Assembly (NCBI GenBank): GCA_043228905.1
Contig: JBHGNT010000001.1
Coordinates: 32,736,001-32,800,000, forward strand
Direction of reading: 5' to 3'
DNA: 64,000 nucleotides
Source: Azolla caroliniana
Taxonomy: Eukaryota; Plantae; Polypodiophyta
Both the position numbers and the translations under genes were made by a program. This document shows positions 56,001-64,000 of the stretch, in pieces. Every line of letters starts with the position of its first letter. The first letter of the stretch is position 1. Below the pieces are notes generated by a model. That model made no database searches. It was not told the origin of the DNA and was given only the letters and a program-made list of their open reading frames with translations.

Positions 56001-58479
56001 GGCTCTTAAAAACATGATGCCACAAAGTGAGGCATTCTTTCTCCTAAGTATCTGTGTAAATATGGATGACAAGTTGGTTATCATCAACATACAAACTTCT
56101 TAGAAACGAGGACTCTATGTTGTATCCTCCCACATGAGACTACGATGACTGAGATGTCTCCACCACGCACTCCTTATCAAATGTGGACAATGTGATGTGG
56201 AGGGCAATTCCAAATATATCATTGGTTGTACCAACACTTGATTGTCAATGCTGAAAAGTGGAAGGCTATTACAAATAGGCCAATTGGTATAGAACTCATG
56301 AAAGGAAAAGTACAAATCAGTAAATAATATTAATTGGTTGCATGGGGGAGATGAGAGAGAAGGTCAAAATCAGTACATAATATAAATTAGTATTGGTATT
56401 AATAAAAGTCTAATGAGTGACAACTAACACATCCATAAATGATCGAAATCATTATATGGGAGAGAAGGGAGGAGGGAAATTTTAATCAATAATATGAATT
56501 ATCACTAAGAAAAAACTACATAGCCTCGGGGATACCATTATTCATTCCGGTGTTATTCCATTGACGTGCGCAAAGACTAGCAAATATTTGAAGTATATCA
56601 TGTATTGGGAAGCTTTTGATGGTAAATAGTGGCATTGGGATGTAGTCACTTGAGGAGCAAGTGTTAGACGCCGCTTCATTGGGGAGCTAAATGTCTTTCT
56701 CCCATGATGGCAAGCTTTTTGACCTAGATTGATCCAACTTTTAAGAGATTTTTTCTTCCCATCCATGTATCATTGTTATTAACAAAAAGGCAGCAAAAAA
56801 AACTATTGCTTTTCACTCATGAATGTGAAGTCTATAAATAATCTAAAAACAAATAACTTGCAATTATCGGGCCAAAGTTAGGCTTGAACCCAAATTTCCT
56901 GTGACTTTATGTGGAGTCATCTAGCACAAGGTAGATCTAGACTTAAACAATCACACATGAGATTGTAGATTGCTATGCATGGGTATCAACAATCATGGAC
57001 AAGTAAAAGAAAATTTGGTCTAAAGGTCACCTTCATACAAAAAAACTTGCATTTACTTGCTTGCCAAAAGAAATCCCAGCCTGCCATTGCCCTTTGTGCA
57101 ATCCTCAAAACTATATTGAGGGAAAGTTTATATTTTATGCAAACACATACCACCATGAAAGCATATATAAGAGATTATATGTATCTTGGATGAACATCCA
57201 CAAACAAGCGTATCAATGCAATAAATGTGAACATGGCATGTACATTCTAAGGTGCTAAGACATACTCATCATTTGCTACTTATGACCAATGCTCCAAAAG
57301 TATAGGGTCATCGTTTCTTTTGAGAGTGTGCTACACACAATATCCATGTAAAGTCCAATAAAACATTAAAAAATGCACATGCTAATGGTGGGCAAAGGAT
57401 TATGTGTGTGCTCATTTTGAAGAGTATATGTTGACATCAAACAAGGGTAGATAATCATTGTTGGTGGATGGCGAATAAATATATTGGAAGGTTTACATGG
57501 ATCCAACACTTCAAAAGACATATAGGTGATCATTTTACTTTGCTATTTACGAAGGAATACGTGATAGAGTTAACATCGTCCACATATATTATCAAATGAC
57601 TAATAGAATGGGCTGATCAATAAGCTAATGTGTGCATATTTTTAATAGTATATATGCGTATTCTTAATGCCTTCATAGTCTAGTGTTTTGATGTAAAATA
57701 ATACTAAACAGCAAGGGTTATTCTTGATTATGAATAAGAAGCATTCACTTTTCTTCTACAAGCAAATATTCGGAGCTTTGATATATCTCATTCGAAACCT
57801 TAAGATATGCACAACATAAATAAAATACTATAAATCACAATCTAAGACACGTGATCGATAAGAAACGTGAGTTGCATTCAAAAATTTGATGAATTAGGTT
57901 CTGAAGAAGCAATATGAAAAATAGACGCACATTTACCATGTTGTTGAGAGGTAAAGACTGCCCTAACAAACAATGGAAAAGTGGATTGCTACTTTCCGAC
58001 TATGACGTCACTAGTAAATGGTAAAAGAGAGCTTTTCAAATTGAAGAAAACTAAGGATATTTGCAAAGATAAAGGTTTTTGAAGTTTACTGAATCATGGG
58101 CAATCGCGTGGGATGTAGTAGGACTCCTAATGCAAATTACGATTCAACCTTTCACTTTGTTTTGTGATCATACTCCATTACCAAACTTTAAGCACAATAT
58201 AACCCCCCCGAGGCAAAATATGAACTTGTTAGCTTTTTGTTCACAAAAAAATAGAAAAAACATTATCTTGCAATTCATAAGCTTGCGGACTTGTGCTATA
58301 AAGTATAAACCTTTTGACATTTTCAGCTTTGTGTTTCAAACTAGACACAAAACTAATATTGGTATGGCAATTATTTCTTTATTCTCCTTGAGTGTCTACT
58401 AACATAACATAACACTCATGATTTATATTTGTTTACACATAGATGTCTAAATTAAACTTCAAACTTCAAATCATCCATT

Positions 58480-59037
58480 CTAGAACTATAAATCAATCAC
58501 ATTTCTTATTTTTACTGGATTATAACTTCTACTCGCTAAACGATGAACAATGTATTACATAAGAAAAATGTGTTTTGGCTAATTTTGAGGCTTATTATAT
58601 TTGACACGTCACACAATGAAGTGGAATCATTTCTATGTTTCATTAAGAAACCACGCCCAAACGAAAAACAAGTCAAAACACTAGGTTATGTATGAAAGTA
58701 TGTGGTGCCTTTATACATAGCATTAGTCACCTACAAGTTTATGGTTTCACAATATGTAAACTTGTAGTTTTTTCTTACTAGAACAATAAACCAATTCACA
58801 TTTCTTATTTTTACTGAATTCTAACTTTTATTCGCTAAACGATAAACTACTTTTAAGAATATTATGTTTTGGCTAATTTTGAAGCTTATTATATTTGACA
58901 CATTGAAGTGGAATCATTTCTTTGTTTCATTAAGAAACCACGCCGAAAGGAAAATAAGTCGAAACACGAGGTTACGTATGAAAGCATATGGTGCCTTTAT
59001 ACATAGTATTAGTCACTTACAAGTTTATGGTTTCACA
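58480..59037. repeat. Older tandem duplication of about 270 bp (58480-58751 and 58778-59037)
   Basis: CACATTTCTTATTTTTACTG...CATTAAGAAACCACGCC...ACAAGTTTATGGTTTCACA occurs twice, with indels. Confidence 0.85.
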
Positions 59038-61462
59038 GGCTTGCCTTATTACATTCTAGTATGGAGACATGGTAAGGTTGAACCAAGTTAAGGTTTCGCC
59101 TTCAAGTGTCTTGTAAAAGTTGTAGACTATTAGTTTGCTTGTAAAAAATAGTGTTCAAATTGCAGAGCTGACACATTGTTGACAGATCACAACAATAGAA
59201 AGAGTGAGAATAATAGGATGACATGATTATGAAGAGTGAGGACATCAATTAATTAATGATACAAAGACATTGCCATGGAAAAAGGCATCATAGAAATCCT
59301 TACGAGGGAGTGGTTCCCTTAGATATGTTAAGAGATGGGAGAGAAAATCTTGTTAATCATAGAAAGCATTAGAGAAGAGCAAATCATTATAAGAGAATAT
59401 TTCCCGAATATTTAGAAATTAGAACAAACAAAATCATAGTATAAAAAGGAGAGAGAAAGCAATAAATGCGTTAAATTATTACATGCATGTTATAAAACAA
59501 AAACAAACCAGAAATTCCTCGATTATTTAAAGAAAATTAATTGCGTTGCTAGTGGCACTATCATTTGGCCAACCCTAAACTGTCAAGCTTGGCTTCTCGT
59601 CATACTTAAAAGGCAGGCCTAAAAATGTTTAAAGCTTTGCAATGGCAAAAACTAGTGTGGGCTGTCAAAAGTGAACATGTAAATTCAATTTTAAAGGAGA
59701 AGAGTAATATTGTGCATAACCTTGGCCATCTCAACCAAATGTTTTTTTGCAATGCATATTGCCTTAGTCCTATATCTTTTAGATTGATGCACAACCCCGA
59801 GGATGTAAAGCTTTTTGGTCTATGAAATATGGCATTGTAAAGCCAACTTTTTAGGAGAATGGTGCTAGTGGCATTGTCTTAAATTGCGCAAAGAACATTT
59901 TTTCACAATGAAAATCACGTTGGCCCCCATCTCTTTAGACTCATCTAGAATGCCAAGGCTATAAATAAAGCACAAGCTTTGCATTTGTAACATAATGCTA
60001 GTAATTAATCTTTCTTTATTAAGGGAAAGTGTCAGAGTGTGCTTGAGAAAATATTATCGTGTTTAATTCTTTTTTTCCCAAAAAAGGAGCTACTTTCCCA
60101 TTAGTTAGGAGAGATTTTTACAAAAAGACTATACAAGATGGCTTATTGTGTTTAATTCTTGTTCTCCACCCTTCTCCACAAACTTTTGAAATGTTTTCTA
60201 TTAGCAAGGGAATAAGTACTAAGTGATCTACCACTTGTAGAAAAAATTCATGATTTTACACCCATTTCAATACATATGTTTTTTTGTCCATGCTGTCATG
60301 TAAGATGTGTTTACTTGCTCATTACTTTGTCTTTCAAACCAATTCTAGTGAATATTCTAATTCTACTGCGTTGTTACTACTAAAAAAACTCTTAGTTTCA
60401 TATCCCTCTATCTCGAACATACTACCACATCATTAACCGATATTTTCATAGATTTTGTTCTACCTTGTGCCACTCATATATATTTTCTACATCCCAACCT
60501 TTATCGATTGAAATGGGTACTTCTCGCTATCTCACTTAAAGCCATGAGAATCAATTGGTTAACAAAACCAAATATATGAATATGGGAGAGTTCGTATATT
60601 GTAATCCATGACATCCACAAGGATGAGAGCCTCGATTATCTTTCAAAGTTCTTCGTCCTATCTCTTCCTTTTGTTTACCCTTAAGTTTTAGAATCTTCTA
60701 AATTATTGCATTGTGTTTCATATTGTGCCATATAGATCGGAAGAGGCATCATAAGCAAGTGATATATTCATTAAGACAATGATTATGTGCTCCATGCTAC
60801 CTTGTATCACTCTCAACCCCTATTATCTCTTTCTCATCCACATTAACATTGTAGTTTGCCATCATGTGGGCCTATGGGATTCGGATGTTATCTCAATTTC
60901 TCCAACTTTTGTACCTCTTTCTTGTTTCTTATAATACCAAGGTGTATCTTTTAAAAAAAACCTCATAATTTGCAACTTTAACCATGTTCATCCCCATGCC
61001 ATACCTTTTTATAAGGTTTAAAATAGCATTATCCATTGTCTCCCTTGGCAATAAGGGTCAATGATATTATTCTCTAGGGCTATATTCATACCCAAGTGGT
61101 CACACCGCCATTAGCCTTAGGTTAGGCATTACTAATTCCCCCACCTTGACCAAACTATACATTGCACACAAGGTTTTATGAGATGTGTGGCAAATCCTTG
61201 TGTTTTGACTCTATGTAGCAACCTAAAAACATAAATCGCCCTCAACCTTCTAGTTGGGTAGATTCTAAGTCATATAGATCATTTGTTTTGTCCACATCTT
61301 ATACAAATGAGCCATTAGTTCATGTTGATAGCCACTCTCTTGTGTAACCAGTTGGTTGCGAATGCATAAGAGATTTATTGTCTCGCTCTAGAGTGTATTA
61401 CGCAATATATTTCTCTTCAAGAATTCAAGCAAAATAATCAAGTCCTAAAATAGACAAACATT

Positions 61463-61819
61463 GGTAGTCAAATCAAGTCCATGCTAGTCAAATCTTCATT
61501 GAGGCCTAAGTGGAATTACCAAGCACCTAGGTGGCTGTTTCCACCGATGGCTCCTAATATTGTACATGGGTTGTAATTATGTATGTATAGCTGACACAAA
61601 CGTGCGGCAGGGCGTTGTAGAGTCGGGGTAAAATAGGGTTTAATTCAATTTTGCTTGAGTTAAGGATTGGTTGAGTTTTTTTTGTTGTTTTTGGTTGATA
61701 GTTTTGGAGTTGTTTCTCCAAGTTGTATATGTTGATACCATTGTGGATTTGGATAAACTTTGTTGTCTTCTATTTGCTAACTAATGCGAAGTAGTGGTTT
61801 TTTTGGAAATAAAAAATAA
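61463..61819 (+). mobile_element. 5'-truncated LINE 3' end (about 357 bp) with a 16-bp TSD
   Basis: AAAATAGACAAACATT at 61447-61462 and 61820-61835, with an A-rich tail. Encodes WNYQAPRWLFPP, like the ORF2 terminus near 45510. Confidence 0.82.
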
Positions 61820-64000
61820 AAAATAGACAAACATTTTGTCAAAGCACTAACTAGCATAATCGAGATTACATATGGTGTACACTACATTAATCGTCTAATG
61901 TTTAAACCTTATCCCCAACAATCACCACATTATCATTTCTTAAGTTCACTTTAAAAACGGCAAATATTAGTAATAAAGGAGAATACGATTTAAAAAATGT
62001 GTTGCCCATTAGGCATTGTCGGGGCTGAAATATTTTATGTGGAGCCTATTTACATCTAAAAAAACATTGAATGTGAATGGAGTGTCAATGAAGATATCAA
62101 CAATCGGCCTTACCATCAATGTATTTTTTTTCTATCTTTTATCGAGGGGATTTATTGCTTGAACAATCATTAATACCTATATTCATATCACATGTTCATG
62201 TCATTTGTTATTGTGCATTTCATTGTGAATCCACGGAACATATATCATCGTCCTCCATCACCTAAAATCCAAATTCACGTACATGCGTGGAAAACTTTAT
62301 TACTCACCATCATCCATAAATTTCAGCAGTCTCATAATCCAAGTGCCTATATGTACAAAGTCATATCATACCACAATGAAAAGTGATTATTGTGTTGATA
62401 TTGCACAACTATGCTAGACAAAAAGAATGTCCACACCTTGGCCCTATCTTTGTCCATGCCTCTATCACAGCGTGTTGTGCTAAAAACATCTTTGGTGTAG
62501 ATAAAATTTCCAAGGTCAAGAATGTTTCTTACTATCACTTCACACAATTTGCTCACGTGTAACCTCATAAGTGGAGTGACTTATATCATTATGACGTGTC
62601 TCTTGAAACCTTACATACACCCTCATCAAATGATTTCTTGTGGTGGAATTACCTTCCTTTATCCACCTCTACAATGTATAATGAATCCAATAAGATTATG
62701 AATAATAGGAATGTTATTGCAAGGTCCATTTTGTTCAATCAATGTAAGTGATTATTACTTGATTTTGTGCTAGAACATTCATTTTGACAAAAACTAGGGA
62801 TGAGATGTTTATTCTTGTCGAATGGGCAAATATTTAAAAAAACGTGATCACAAGTTATTTGAATAATTCATAAGAAAATTATAAATATCCATTTCAACAT
62901 GTAGGCAATGAACCCAACATAGGTCTATTCCCTAGTACACGTGTGAAATGGTCATTGACAAGAGAGAAAAAATATATGATTGAAACTTGCCTCCATGATG
63001 GGTGTCAAGGGGTTTAATATGAAATATGCGTGATGCATAATAAATAGCTTTCAAGAAAGCTTGTGTCAAGACTAAGAGGTAGCAACATCAAGGTCAAGAC
63101 AACATTAACATCAATTGCATAGTATTCCTATTGAAATGTGAATGTTGGATGTCCAATACATATGCTTGGGATGGCATTACCAAAAATCACAGAAAAGCTT
63201 TGGAGCCCTTCAAAAGGTCTTCAGTATTCACCCAATTCAAAAACATAAAGTAAAGTAAAAAATGTATATTTTCCATTGTCGGCTTTCAAAACAAGTAACA
63301 ATGGGAGGGCTCTAGCATAACTTTACAATGAGTTTGATTGTTTGGTTTTATTAATCCTTAGACTAGCCGTGTCATTCCAGTACAATTTCATTTTATTAAT
63401 TTGCATACTTATTTTAACCATCTGGGTTTACTATGCCTATTTCAATTTGCCAATAGCTCATAAATATACAACACATTCTAATGAGATTTTCAATCTTTTT
63501 AAAATAGCTATACATCCATGGCATACAATGATATGTGTCTTTAGTGGTATACTTGGCACATCCATGACATTACCCATGGGCACATATCTTTACACTCATG
63601 CATTCCATGTGTATCCATATGTCTTTGGAGACATTCCATTACATTAGCCATGGCTTGTTTATACATATACTTATCCATTCACCCCTCAGGATAAGGGATA
63701 ACATAACCAATATCCCTCATAGTTTTATCCACAATGTGTGACTCTTAAAAATAAATGTGTTGTGAGTGTAAATTCCCTAATAAAAAGGTGTTCCGTGTAT
63801 ACTATCTTTTTCTTTTGCAAAGTGAGAGCTTAAATATGTGCATATATCATAAATGTTTTGGGAATGCCACTCACTTATAAGACATTCCTAAATTTCCACA
63901 CATTTTAAAGTTGAGTGGGCATATAATTTAGACATGTGTGGCCATGCTTAATGCCCCACACATCATCCACAACAAGTATGCCCTTCTCCCCATTAATTAA

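Noticed and set aside
63400-64000. Possible DNA-transposon terminal region with recurring TATGCCC/GGGCATA motifs
   Set aside because: Too degenerate and cut by the window edge. No TIR pair or TSD could be defined.

Overview
AT-rich eukaryotic nuclear DNA from a land plant. The gene style, PLS-type PPR relic and repeat landscape suggest a seed-free vascular plant such as a fern, but that is inference. I reconstructed four intron-containing genes by hand from splice sites: (1) a trehalose-6-phosphate phosphatase (minus, 11 coding exons, 385 aa); (2) a 58-aa two-exon microprotein resembling BRAWNIN/UQCC6 (minus), only partly captured by the ORF track; (3) a pfkB-family pseudouridine kinase (PUKI-like, minus) with an N-terminal PTS2 and one in-frame TAA inside an otherwise intact exon; (4) a JmjN/JmjC/C5HC2/FYRN/FYRC H3K4 demethylase (JMJ14-like, plus, about 1135 aa) with a GC-AG intron and an internal triple repeat carrying EAR-like (D/N)LNxxP motifs. 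Also present are a tRNA-Gln(TTG) gene, a decayed PLS-class PPR pseudogene and a Ser/Pro/Thr-rich single-exon hypothetical ORF. Transposon debris is abundant: several 5'-truncated L1-like LINEs with target-site duplications (one with a twin-priming 5' inversion), a Mutator-like MITE with a 9-bp TSD, a solo LTR inside a satellite, and decayed Ty3/gypsy pol fragments. No database searches were run; family calls rest on recognised motifs.
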